DNA of 48,579 nucleotides from a virus (taxonomy: Duplodnaviria > Caudoviricetes), in the IMG/VR virus record IMGVR_UViG_3300017544_000275, positions 1 through 48,579 of that record, one strand, 5' to 3'. Shown one piece after another: positions 8,684 to 17,365 of the stretch. Position numbers and translations under genes: made by a program. The notes under the pieces were generated by a model. That model did no database searches, was not told the DNA's origin, and saw only the letters and a list, made by a program, of their open reading frames with translations. Position 1 is the stretch's first letter, and every line of letters starts with the position of its first letter.

Positions 8684-8881
8684 CTAGATGCCCGGCGCGC
8701 CGCCATCGCAACTCGGGCACCGGCGGTGATGAAAGTCAGACCCGTTGGCGCCGTAGACATGCCCGCAGTCCGTTCGCTCGCATTGGAGCGCCCAGATCTT
8801 CTGATTGTGGTCGGTCCCTTTGAACGAGGTCTTCCGCAGAAGGCGCTGCCCGTTCCTGTTCAAGTCGTCAATCTCGGCCAT
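8684..8881 (-). CDS. 65-aa Zn-ribbon-like protein
   Basis: GAGGAGG RBS; C..C..YGANGSD...RCPSC. Confidence 0.75.
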   Translation of the reverse strand: MAEIDDLNRNGQRLLRKTSFKGTDHNQKIWALQCERTDCGHVYGANGSDFHHRRCPSCDGGAPGI

Positions 8882-8891
8882 CCCAACCTCC

Positions 8892-9161
8892 TCAACCGCC
8901 CGCGTCGCCTGTCTCGTCAAACCAGTTCGGAATCGCCCCCAAGCGCACAAGAATGACCGGCTCGCCATAGTCGCCAGTGTCCGGATCCAGCGTCCGCGAC
9001 CAGGCAATGGCGCCGGCGTGGCTGGTGGCCAGCAGTTTCGCGCGCTGCGTCGCCTGCGCCGCAGTCGGCATCTGCAGTGGCGGTTCCGCGGCGATCGTGT
9101 CCTCGTCATCCTCGAGGCGCTTGAAGGCAACGACAACATGGATGGTGGCGGGCGCAGACAT
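8892..9161 (-). CDS. 89-aa hypothetical protein
   Basis: AGGAG RBS; AIAWSRT.DPDTGDYGEP.IL..LG.IP. Confidence 0.75.
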   Translation of the reverse strand: MSAPATIHVVVAFKRLEDDEDTIAAEPPLQMPTAAQATQRAKLLATSHAGAIAWSRTLDPDTGDYGEPVILVRLGAIPNWFDETGDAGG

Positions 9162-9192
9162 GGATGTTCTCCTGTTCTCGCCCGCCGCCTCG

Positions 9193-9579
9193 TCAGCTTT
9201 TGGCGGGCGTCATCGTGGTCTGGCCCTGAGCCGGCAACGCGCCGCTTGATGGGCAGCGCTTGATCATGGCGGCTCGGCGAACGGCTTCCTGCTCACCCTT
9301 GAGCCGCGCGATCTCCGGCGCGATATTGTCGCCGCTCATAGATGACACCGGCAGGCCGATCAGGATGACGCCGACGACATCGTTGGTTCTGGCCTTCTCC
9401 TGCTGGGCCGAGGCGAGCGCTAAGGCCGAACTCAGTCGGCTCATCTCACTGCCGAGCTGGTCGCAGGTGTACTGCTGATAGCCGACGTCGCTGATGTAGG
9501 ATGCGCTGATGCTCTCTGGCGCCTTGGCGCAGGATGCGACGACTATTGCGGCCGATGCCGCGATCAGAATTGATTTCAT
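9193..9579 (-). CDS. Lipoprotein
   Basis: MKSILIAASAAIVVASC lipobox (alternative start 9588). Confidence 0.8.
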   Translation of the reverse strand: MKSILIAASAAIVVASCAKAPESISASYISDVGYQQYTCDQLGSEMSRLSSALALASAQQEKARTNDVVGVILIGLPVSSMSGDNIAPEIARLKGEQEAVRRAAMIKRCPSSGALPAQGQTTMTPAKS

Positions 9580-9608
9580 CTCTTTCATCCCCCCGGATGG
9601 TTCGTCGT

Positions 9609-10421
9609 TCAAAGGCCGTTGTCGGCCATGTACCTCTTGGCTATCGATGTGCACTGTTCCCGGACCTCGGGCGCGGTGCCGAACGGAGCGCCGCAAGCCG
9701 TGCAGAGGACTTGATCTTCGTCGTTGTCAGGCATCTTGATCAGGTATCCACCGCAGTCGCTGCAGTGGAACTCGAAGTCGAAATGGTAGCGGCCCGGCTC
9801 CCCAAGGGAGTGATAGTCTTTGATCGAAACGCGCAGTCTCGGTGACGGGGCGGCGCTGATGGCTTCTAGAGCGCAATACGCATCAGCCAACTCCGCGCGG
9901 CCTCTTTCCCCCAGCCCGTCGAGAAGTTCTCCGACGTAATCGATCGACAATCGCATGCCGATTCCGCAGGCGTCGCGGGTGCAGTCTGGTGGCGGCAGCT
10001 CGGCGAGATACTCGCTCGTGACGATTGTCTTGTTGAGGCGTCGACATCCATCACAATCAAATGGGCCATCGATCTTGAAACGGTCATAGCCCGCAGCCAG
10101 TGCCGCCGTGACGCCGCGCTGTCGGTAGTAGGAAAACGTCGCGTCCAACAACGTCACGTCTAGGCCCTTCTGAGGCTTCAGTGGGCCTCTTAATGTCAAG
10201 GCATCGGCGGCTTCCGCTGTGAGGTCGGCATTCGCACGAAAGCCCAGTACTCTCTTTTCTTCGGCAGAAAGCGGGGTGCCGTGCTGTCGGAAATGCCGTG
10301 CTACTTGCTGAGGGTGCGCCCCTTCGAATTCCTCGAGAAGGATCGCAAGGGAGTGCGCATATTCAGGCTTCACATAGCCGAGGCGGGCGATAGCCTTCTC
10401 TACGTGGAGCAGGTAGCGCAT
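9609..10421 (-). CDS. 270-aa hypothetical with two Cys clusters, directly downstream of cI
   Basis: DCDGC...DCTRDAC and HCSDC...LCTAC; 5 nt after the cI stop. Confidence 0.75.
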   Translation of the reverse strand: MRYLLHVEKAIARLGYVKPEYAHSLAILLEEFEGAHPQQVARHFRQHGTPLSAEEKRVLGFRANADLTAEAADALTLRGPLKPQKGLDVTLLDATFSYYRQRGVTAALAAGYDRFKIDGPFDCDGCRRLNKTIVTSEYLAELPPPDCTRDACGIGMRLSIDYVGELLDGLGERGRAELADAYCALEAISAAPSPRLRVSIKDYHSLGEPGRYHFDFEFHCSDCGGYLIKMPDNDEDQVLCTACGAPFGTAPEVREQCTSIAKRYMADNGL

Positions 10422-10426
10422 CCTAG

Positions 10427-11218
10427 CTACAGCCTCGCTAGACGGCCGACAACGCGGCCAAGGATTCCGATCTCATCCGCCCTATGGACCATCGGCGGTT
10501 GCTTCGGATTGTCAGAAACTAACTCGATTTCTCCGTCCTTCAGTTTTCGCAACCGCTTGACGAGGATCTCGCCGTCGGGATCACGGATAACGAACACGCC
10601 GCCCTGTCCGAACTTCTGATCCGTCGTGTCGACCATCACCCGCTCGCCCGGGAGCAAAGTTGGCTCCATCGAGTCGCCGCGAACCTTGATCCAGTGGACG
10701 CGTGGGGCTTTGGCTCGGGTGAACTCGGACAGTAGATAGTCGGGCATCAGGATCTCGCCGCGCACCGCGTCGGCAGAATAAACGACCTCTCCAGAAGGCA
10801 GTACCGAAGGCGCTGGCAAACCGCCGGGACCTGCGCCGGCTGATGTGTCTATGTCCGGGCTCGACCCCGGCACCTCACCCGAGAACGGACGGAGCGTCGA
10901 AACGCCGAGCTTGGTGAGGTCGTCAGATTGCACGGGCAGGCGGTCACCGTCATCGAACTCTGGGTCGGGATCGAATTCCTGCCCAAGTGGGACACGTTTC
11001 TGCTCTTCGACTTGCTCTGGAGTGAGCATCAGTTCGAACACAGAGCTGCCGAGGAAGCGGGCGACCTTGTCCAGGTGCTCCATCGACGGGTTTCTGTCGC
11101 GCTTGAGTATGTCGCGGACGAACGTTTCCCCGAGCCCCGCCCCAATCGAGGCTGCCTTCATGTTTGTGTTGCGGGCCGCAATCAGGGCGCGCAGCCGATC
11201 TTTCCAAGCGTCATCCAT
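10427..11218 (-). CDS. cI: CI-like repressor (HTH plus S24 autopeptidase)
   Basis: N-terminal HTH; VRGDSMEP Ser and LVKRL Lys motifs; AG bonds in the linker; divergent from cro; ORF-track start 11347 overlaps cro and is unlikely. Confidence 0.93.
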   Translation of the reverse strand: MDDAWKDRLRALIAARNTNMKAASIGAGLGETFVRDILKRDRNPSMEHLDKVARFLGSSVFELMLTPEQVEEQKRVPLGQEFDPDPEFDDGDRLPVQSDDLTKLGVSTLRPFSGEVPGSSPDIDTSAGAGPGGLPAPSVLPSGEVVYSADAVRGEILMPDYLLSEFTRAKAPRVHWIKVRGDSMEPTLLPGERVMVDTTDQKFGQGGVFVIRDPDGEILVKRLRKLKDGEIELVSDNPKQPPMVHRADEIGILGRVVGRLARL

Positions 11219-11220
11219 GA

Positions 11221-11292
11221 ATGGGATCATGCCCATTGGCCCGGCTGAGGTCACGTGGGTTATAGCCCATTGACTGATGGGCAATTGCCCAT
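11221..11292. promoter_or_regulatory. Right operators ATGGGATCATGCCCAT (11221-11236), GTGGGTTATAGCCCAT (11255-11270), ATGGGCAATTGCCCAT (11277-11292)
   Basis: Three related 16-bp palindromes between cI and cro. Confidence 0.9.
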
Positions 11293-11298
11293 TATTGT
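11270..11298 (+). promoter_or_regulatory. PR: TTGACT-N17-TATTGT
   Basis: Near-consensus sigma70 promoter with a perfect operator in the spacer. Confidence 0.85.
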
Positions 11299-11305
11299 CC
11301 ATCAT

Positions 11306-11506
11306 ATGACCAGCACCGCCGAACTCCTTGCACGGATCGAAACGCACTGCTCCCAGCGAGAAATCGCGGAGAGCACGTTTGGAAGATTGGCCGTCAATGA
11401 CGGGAAGCTTGTCGCCCGCCTCCGGTCCGGCGGGTCCATCAACCTGAAGACGCTAATCCGGATCGAAGAGGCGCTTAGGGCAGATGCCGCTGAGGCCGTG
11501 GCATGA
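11306..11506 (+). CDS. cro: Cro-like protein (probably leaderless)
   Basis: LLARIE....IAESTFGRLAVNDGKLVARLRSG pattern; ATG 7 nt after the -10. Confidence 0.85.
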   Translation: MTSTAELLARIETHCSQREIAESTFGRLAVNDGKLVARLRSGGSINLKTLIRIEEALRADAAEAVA

Positions 11507-11513
11507 CGCCCGC

Positions 11514-11765
11514 TCAAGCGCCCAACCTCGGCCTGGCCGCATGCCTCCGCCGCAACTGGCGGATCGCGACGTCGATCGGATGCCCGGAGGTCTCGGACGC
11601 ATCCTCGACTAGGCGCTCGACGGCCTCGGCATGGTGGGCGCCATCGAACTCGCAGCGCAGCCGATCGAACACCGTCTCGCGCTCGATTGGCGGAACCCGC
11701 GCCAGCAGTTCTGCAATCGCTCGGTCCAGTACTTCGATCCGCGCGTCGATTTCAGCGTCGGTCAT
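11514..11765 (-). CDS. 83-aa hypothetical antisense to the early right operon
   Basis: AGGAGG RBS; fills the cro-cII gap. Confidence 0.6.
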   Translation of the reverse strand: MTDAEIDARIEVLDRAIAELLARVPPIERETVFDRLRCEFDGAHHAEAVERLVEDASETSGHPIDVAIRQLRRRHAARPRLGA

Positions 11766-11846
11766 CCCAGCCTCCTGATCCGTCATTGCACGGAACCTGC
11801 GCCCGGCAAGTCCGAGCGTCCATGAAAAGAACCGGGCCAGACTTTC

Positions 11847-12323
11847 ATGACCATTGCTCGCATCTTCTCGAACGAGACCTATGAGCGCCTGAAGGGGGCA
11901 GCCCGTGACCTGATCGGCGCCGCCGGCGGACCGCGCCGCTGCCAGGGCATCACCCGCGGCACGGAATCGCTCCTGTCCCGCTACGGCGCCCGGCAGGAAG
12001 AGGTGTTCGCGCCGATCGACGTCATCGCCGACCTTGAGAAGGACGCCGGCGAGCCGATCGTGACGCGGCTCCTCGCCGAGCTCTCCGGGCATCTCCTCGT
12101 CCCCATGCCTGTCGCCCAGAACACGACGCACTGGTTCGGCCATCTCTCGAGCGTGCTGACTGGCGGATCTCAGGTCGAAGTCGCGCTCTCCGACGCGCTG
12201 GCCGATGGCCGGATCGACGTCGCCGAGGCCAAGGCGCTGCGAGCCAAAGTGCTCGAGGCGATGACGCAGATGGCCTCTCTCGGAACAGCACTCGACCACG
12301 CCATTGATGGAGCGAAGCGATGA
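11847..12323 (+). CDS. CII-like phage regulatory protein
   Basis: Position after cro; PIDVIADLE..AGEP.VT..LA and ALADGRID..EA motifs. Confidence 0.7.
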   Translation: MTIARIFSNETYERLKGAARDLIGAAGGPRRCQGITRGTESLLSRYGARQEEVFAPIDVIADLEKDAGEPIVTRLLAELSGHLLVPMPVAQNTTHWFGHLSSVLTGGSQVEVALSDALADGRIDVAEAKALRAKVLEAMTQMASLGTALDHAIDGAKR

Positions 12324-12598
12324 TGCACCGCTGCCCCTGCTGCAATCACGAGTTCACCGATCCGGAGCCGCCGTCTGGACTGACCAAGGTTCAGGCCAAG
12401 GCACTCGGCGCCATCGAGCGATACGTCGCCAAGAACGGGTTCTCGCTCTCCTACGACGACATCGCCTCGGCCACCGGCCTCCGATCGCGCGGCAGCGTCA
12501 ACCGCGTGATCGTCGCTCTCCGGGAGCGCGGCCTCATCACCCTCCATCCGGGCCGTTCGCGGTCGATCGCCATCGTCCCGCAGAGGAGCGCAGCATGA
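12320..12598 (+). CDS. LexA DNA-binding-domain-like protein without peptidase domain
   Basis: LTKVQ..AL..I..Y....GFS.SYDDIA...GLRS..SV......L.ERGLI...PGRSRSI. Confidence 0.8.
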   Translation: MMHRCPCCNHEFTDPEPPSGLTKVQAKALGAIERYVAKNGFSLSYDDIASATGLRSRGSVNRVIVALRERGLITLHPGRSRSIAIVPQRSAA

Positions 12599-13284
12599 AA
12601 AAGGGCGGCTGGACTGACGAAATGACCGATCGGCTTCGCAGTCTCGCGGCCGGCGGCGGTTCCGCCTCGGATATCGCGGTCATCATGACCCGCGAGTTCG
12701 ACGTGGTGTTCACTCGCAACTCGATCATCGGGAAGATGCAGCGGGCGGGGATTGTCTCGGCCAATGCGCAGAGGCCCGATCTCGATTGGACGGAAGCGCG
12801 CGTGAACAGGCTGCGCATTCTGGCCGGCAAGGGCCTGACGGTGGCCGATATCGCCCGGAAGCTCAAGTTCTGGTCCGCCAAGTCGATCCGAACCAAGTGC
12901 CGGGCCGAGCGGATCAAGGTGAAGGCTCACAAGGCGCCGGCGAAGCCGAAGGTCGCCGCGCCGCCGATGGTGACGGACGAGGTGCCGTTCCTGCCGCCGG
13001 CCGAACTCGTGGTCGAGTATGTGCCGACGGGCGGGGCGCCGAAGCCCTTCCTCGAGGCTGGCCAGTTCGAGTGCCAGTACATCCTCCCCGGTCAGGGCGA
13101 GAAGCCGGCGCCGGAGCGCTTGGTTTGCGCCAACCCGGTGAATTTCGGCTCCCGCTTCAGGTTCTGCGCTGCGTGCGGTGAGCGTCTGACGACCCGGGCC
13201 ACCGTCGTGCGGATCAGGGAGCCCAAGCCGAACGGAGCGCGGCCCGGTCGGAAGCGTTCGGTGCTGTCGGGAGCGCTGCTGTGA
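12595..13284 (+). CDS. gcrA: GcrA-like cell-cycle regulator with duplicated HTH
   Basis: WTDE...RLR.L...G.SAS.IA...TRNSIIGK; second WTE.RV..LR.L...G repeat; C-terminal CQY...C...FC..C. Confidence 0.8.
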   Translation: MKKGGWTDEMTDRLRSLAAGGGSASDIAVIMTREFDVVFTRNSIIGKMQRAGIVSANAQRPDLDWTEARVNRLRILAGKGLTVADIARKLKFWSAKSIRTKCRAERIKVKAHKAPAKPKVAAPPMVTDEVPFLPPAELVVEYVPTGGAPKPFLEAGQFECQYILPGQGEKPAPERLVCANPVNFGSRFRFCAACGERLTTRATVVRIREPKPNGARPGRKRSVLSGALL

Positions 13285-13865
13285 GCGACCCCATCCAGAA
13301 GGACGCCCATATCTGGGCCCGCCATCCCGAGGACTGGTACGTCGAGCCGGAATGGTGCTCGCGCCGCCTGTTCGAGGTCGAGCACTTCGAGGGAGCGATC
13401 TACGATCCGGCCTGCGGATGCGGCCGCATTGTCCGTTCGGCCGTCGAAGCCGGGTATCTGGCCAAGGGCAACGATATCGTGGCGCGCGCCGGCGGCGCCG
13501 ATCCGAGATACCTCGCAGACTTCCGGGGCAATAACTGCCGGAGCGACAACATCGTCAGCAATCCGCCGTTCGGCATCGCCGACGCGTTCGCCGCGCACGC
13601 GCTCCAGCTGGCGATCGGCAAGGTCGCCCTGCTGCTCCCCACGAAGTGGATGAACGCCGCCGGCCGCGGCGCCTGGCTGGAGAAGACGCCGCTCGCTCGC
13701 GTTCACCTCCTGAGCCCGCGCCCGTCCATGCCGCCGGGCCCGGTAATTGAAGCAGGCATCAAGCCCGGCAACGGCACCACCGACTTCGCATGGTTCGTCT
13801 GGCAGCGCGGCTACCTCGGCCGCCCCGAGATCCGGTTCCTGCGTCGTGACCGGGACGACCCGTGA
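13281..13865 (+). CDS. Phage amino-DNA methyltransferase
   Basis: DWYVEP, YDPACGCG, IVSNPPF, FAWFVW motifs. Confidence 0.85.
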   Translation: MSDPIQKDAHIWARHPEDWYVEPEWCSRRLFEVEHFEGAIYDPACGCGRIVRSAVEAGYLAKGNDIVARAGGADPRYLADFRGNNCRSDNIVSNPPFGIADAFAAHALQLAIGKVALLLPTKWMNAAGRGAWLEKTPLARVHLLSPRPSMPPGPVIEAGIKPGNGTTDFAWFVWQRGYLGRPEIRFLRRDRDDP

Positions 13866-13948
13866 TGCTCAACCGCGCCGAAGCATACCTCCGCGACCGC
13901 CGTCGCATCGAATCCCGCCTCTCATCCATCCACGAAAGGACGACCCCG

Positions 13949-14545
13949 ATGTCTGCCGTCTCGACCCCGAAAGAGCACAATCAGATCCCGCCCGAGGCGA
14001 TCGTCGCCGTCCAGCTTTCCCAGATCCGGCGCGCGCAGGAGGAGGCGGCGTCAGCGTCGGGCTCGGCGCGCGCGGCGCTCTCCAAGGCCGAAGGGAAGGG
14101 GATCAACCTCGCCGCAGCCAAGCGCGCGCTGAAGATCCTGAAGTCCGGCAAGGCCGAGGAGTTCACGGCCGAGATGCAGGAGCTTCTCCGCTACCTCAAC
14201 ATCCTCGGCGTCGGCATCAAGAAGTCCCAGCTCGATCTGTTCGAGACGGCCACCGCGCTCGCGCCGATCGACGAGAAGGCGTTCGAGGACGGCCTGCGCA
14301 CCGGTCGCCTGGGTGAAGCGCCGGACAATCCACACGACCTTTCGACGCCGGCCGGCCAGCAGTGGATCAGGGGGCACCACCAGGGTGCGGAAGAGCGTCG
14401 ACTCGTCCTCGATATGCAGGCGGAGGAGGAGAGCGAGACGGAGGTCGTCGACGCCGAGGATGTCGATGAGGATCAGGCCGACCTCGAAGACGACGCGCCG
14501 TTTGGCGAAGACCTGCCCGAACCCGCACACGCGATGGAGGGCTGA
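13949..14545 (+). CDS. GapR/DUF2312-like DNA-binding protein with RMF-like C-terminal motif and acidic tail
   Basis: SKAEGKGINLAAAKRALKI; AFEDG..G....NPH......QW.RG; GAAAGGA RBS. Confidence 0.55.
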   Translation: MSAVSTPKEHNQIPPEAIVAVQLSQIRRAQEEAASASGSARAALSKAEGKGINLAAAKRALKILKSGKAEEFTAEMQELLRYLNILGVGIKKSQLDLFETATALAPIDEKAFEDGLRTGRLGEAPDNPHDLSTPAGQQWIRGHHQGAEERRLVLDMQAEEESETEVVDAEDVDEDQADLEDDAPFGEDLPEPAHAMEG

Positions 14546-14547
14546 TC

Positions 14548-15351
14548 ATGCAGAAGCTCGACATGCTGCCCTTCGAGGCCCAGCGCAACCCGGTGGTGTT
14601 CGCCCGCGAGGGCGAGGTTTTCGCGAACAGTCGAGACGTCGCGTCGTTCTTCGGCAAGCAGCACCGCCATGTGTTGGATGCGGTGGACAATCTGATCTCT
14701 CAGGAGCCCGATCTGGGTCTGCGGAATTTTCGGCAGACCCCCTACGTCGAGCCGCAGAACGGCCAGACCTATCGGTCCTTCGATATGGACCGGGAGGGTT
14801 TCGAGCTTCTGGCCATGGGCTTCACCGGCACGAAGGCCCTGAAGTGGAAGCGCGCCTATATCCGCGCCTTCAAGGCCATGGAGGACGAACTGCGCGCGCG
14901 GCCGATCGATCCGATGTCGGTCCTCAGCGATCCGGCGCAGCTTCGCGGTCTGCTGCTCTCCTATTCCGAGCGGGTCGAGAAGCTCCAGGCTCACAACGTC
15001 CAGCTCGAATCCACCAATCGCGAGATCGGCGGCGCGCTCGACCGGATCTCGGCCCGCGACGGATCGCTCTGCGTTCGCGACACGGCCAAGACAATTCAGG
15101 TCAGCGAGAAAGCGCTCTGGGCCTATCTCCGAAACAACGGCTGGACGTACCGCCGTCCTGGCGCCGGCCATGATCTAGCCTACCAGCCGAAGCTCATCGC
15201 CGGGCTGCTGGTCCACAAGGAGACCGGCATCTACCGCGCCGACGGCACGGAGAAGATCGCTACGCAGGTCCGGGTGACGGCAAAGGGCCTCACGGCGCTC
15301 GCGCGCATCCTGTCGCCGCAGCTCCAGCTTGTCGGAGGCGCGGCGACATGA
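14548..15351 (+). CDS. Rha-family regulator fused to ANT/KilAC antirepressor domain
   Basis: NSRDVA.FFGKQH.HVL; MDREGF.LLAMGFTG.KAL.WK; C-terminal TQVRVTAKGL. Confidence 0.9.
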   Translation: MQKLDMLPFEAQRNPVVFAREGEVFANSRDVASFFGKQHRHVLDAVDNLISQEPDLGLRNFRQTPYVEPQNGQTYRSFDMDREGFELLAMGFTGTKALKWKRAYIRAFKAMEDELRARPIDPMSVLSDPAQLRGLLLSYSERVEKLQAHNVQLESTNREIGGALDRISARDGSLCVRDTAKTIQVSEKALWAYLRNNGWTYRRPGAGHDLAYQPKLIAGLLVHKETGIYRADGTEKIATQVRVTAKGLTALARILSPQLQLVGGAAT

Positions 15352-15983
15352 ACTTCCTTGGCCTCGATCTCTCCTCCGCCAATACCGGCTGGACGCTCAT
15401 CGAGGAGATGGGTGAGGGGCGGCCGCCGCGGATCACCTGCGGCTCCTTCCCCTGCCGGGGTGAGGACTATGACGACAACGTTCGCGCGCTGTCCGACCAC
15501 CTCTATGCGCTGCTGATGGGGTTTCGCGAGCGCGGCGTGCGGATCGATCTGGCGGGCGTCGAGGAGCCGCTCCGCGCGCTGCCGAAGCGCAAGCGGGTGG
15601 TGAATGATGACCTGTTCGCCAGCCGCACCGTCGAGGAGCTGGCCTCGAACCCTCACACCATGCTCGTGCTGCCGGCGATGTCCGGCGGCGCCCTGGTGAT
15701 GCTGCACCGGTTCAAGATCCGCGCAATGCTGGTGAACGTCGCGAAATGGCGAATGCTCTGCATCGGCCGCGCTTACGCGCCGCGCGGTACGCCGGAGAAG
15801 GAGAAGAACGGCTGGGCTAAGCGCGAGGTGCGGAAATGGGCCGCCGACCTCGGCCTTCGCTACAACTTCGTCGTCAAGAACAGCGACCAGTCCGATTCCG
15901 TAGGCATCGCCGTTTACACAGCCGTCGAGGGCAACTCGATGGACGTGCGGAAGATGCTCGCCAGCCGGAGGGTCGCGGCGTGA
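15348..15983 (+). CDS. RuvC-like Holliday junction resolvase
   Basis: LGLDLS...TGW, VEEP, N.DQSDSVGIA acidic motifs. Confidence 0.75.
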   Translation: MNFLGLDLSSANTGWTLIEEMGEGRPPRITCGSFPCRGEDYDDNVRALSDHLYALLMGFRERGVRIDLAGVEEPLRALPKRKRVVNDDLFASRTVEELASNPHTMLVLPAMSGGALVMLHRFKIRAMLVNVAKWRMLCIGRAYAPRGTPEKEKNGWAKREVRKWAADLGLRYNFVVKNSDQSDSVGIAVYTAVEGNSMDVRKMLASRRVAA

Positions 15984-17365
15984 GCCTTCCGCAGAACCTC
16001 GAGGCCGAGCAGCACGTCCTCGGCTCGATCCTCGCGAACAACGCCTGCTTCGACCGGGTGTCGTCGATCCTGGCGGCCGGGGACTTCCACGAGCCGGTGC
16101 ACCGCCATCTCTTCCAGACCATGGCCGACATGATCGGCGCCGGCTCGGTTGCCAGCCCTGTCACCATGAAGGGAGCGGTATCTGACGACCACCGGGTCGG
16201 CGAGCTCTCGGGCATGCGCTATGTCGTCCGGCTCTTCGCCGAATTCGCGATGCCCTACGCCATTGTCGATCTTGCGACGGCCGTGAAGGACGCCGCGGTC
16301 CGGCGAGAGCTGGTCCTGGCGGCCGAGCGCATCCACGAATGGGCCTCACTCTTCCAGCCCGGCGCCAAGACCGAAGATCTCATCACCGAGTGCGAGAAAC
16401 TGTTCTCCGAGGCGATCGGCAAGGGCAGGGCGGCCGACGACGGCGATGCGGCTGTTGGCGCGATCGAGGAGATCAGCCTCGCGCATCAGCGCCAGAAGAG
16501 CGAGGCCGTGCCGTGGTTCATCGGTGAGGCGCAGCAGGTGCTCGGCGACGATCTCGAGTTCGGCTGGCTGGTTGGCCTTCTGGCCGACTCGGGCGGCGGC
16601 AAGACCAGCTTCGCGCTGCAGCAGGCCTATCACGCCATGGAGGCCGGTTATCCCGTCCTGTTCCTGTCGGGGGATCAGAAGCCGACCGAGGTCTACAAGC
16701 AGATCGCCTCGCAGCGCGCATCGGTCCAGTCCAACGATCTCCGCAAGGGCAGGGCGAGCGACGCCGAGCTCGAATCCGTAATCTCCCTGCTCAACCAGAT
16801 GCGAGACAAGCCGTTCGAGGTCCGCAAGATGGGCCGGCCGACGACGGCCGAGATCTCCATGTGGGTCCGGGCCTTCAATCGGAAGTTCGGCAAGGGGCTG
16901 GTCATCATCGACCACGCGAAGCGCATCAGCTTCACCGACCGGCGCGCGATGCTCGCCGAGGGCGTCAACCAGGTCTACGGCGACCTCAAGGCCCTCATGC
17001 AGGAGACCGACAACGCCGGCATCCTGCTGATGCAGCGGAACAGCGACGGGCAGGGCAGGGAGAACCCCCGGCCGGTCCGCGGCGATGCCTATGGCGGCGC
17101 CGGCACGCTGGAGAACCTGGACGGCCTGATCGCGCTCTATGTCGAAGAGCAGTGGATCGACCACATGATTTCGAACGCGCGCACCGACAAGCGGAAGGCC
17201 GACGTCGAGGCCCGCCGGGAATTCGTTGCCGGCAAGGCTGAGCTCGTCGGGCTCAAGGCCCGCTTCGCCGAGGGCGGCATCCGGAAGGTGATTAAGCGTG
17301 AAGCTAGGTTCACCCGCTTCTCCTCTCTCGTCGAGGACTGGCGCGAGCAGGGGAGCATGCTCTGA
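15980..17365 (+). CDS. dnaB: DnaB-like replicative helicase
   Basis: LPQNLEAEQ.VLGSIL N-domain; Walker A ADSGGGKT; LVIIDH; GTG start overlapping upstream stop. Confidence 0.88.
   Translation: MSLPQNLEAEQHVLGSILANNACFDRVSSILAAGDFHEPVHRHLFQTMADMIGAGSVASPVTMKGAVSDDHRVGELSGMRYVVRLFAEFAMPYAIVDLATAVKDAAVRRELVLAAERIHEWASLFQPGAKTEDLITECEKLFSEAIGKGRAADDGDAAVGAIEEISLAHQRQKSEAVPWFIGEAQQVLGDDLEFGWLVGLLADSGGGKTSFALQQAYHAMEAGYPVLFLSGDQKPTEVYKQIASQRASVQSNDLRKGRASDAELESVISLLNQMRDKPFEVRKMGRPTTAEISMWVRAFNRKFGKGLVIIDHAKRISFTDRRAMLAEGVNQVYGDLKALMQETDNAGILLMQRNSDGQGRENPRPVRGDAYGGAGTLENLDGLIALYVEEQWIDHMISNARTDKRKADVEARREFVAGKAELVGLKARFAEGGIRKVIKREARFTRFSSLVEDWREQGSML

Noticed and set aside
9166-9177. LexA box upstream of ORF 8892-9161
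   Set aside because: GTTC-N4-GTTC spacing, not N7
11219-11347. N-terminal extensions of cI and cro given by the ORF track
   Set aside because: They run across the operators/promoters and each other; internal ATGs at 11218 and 11306 fit better
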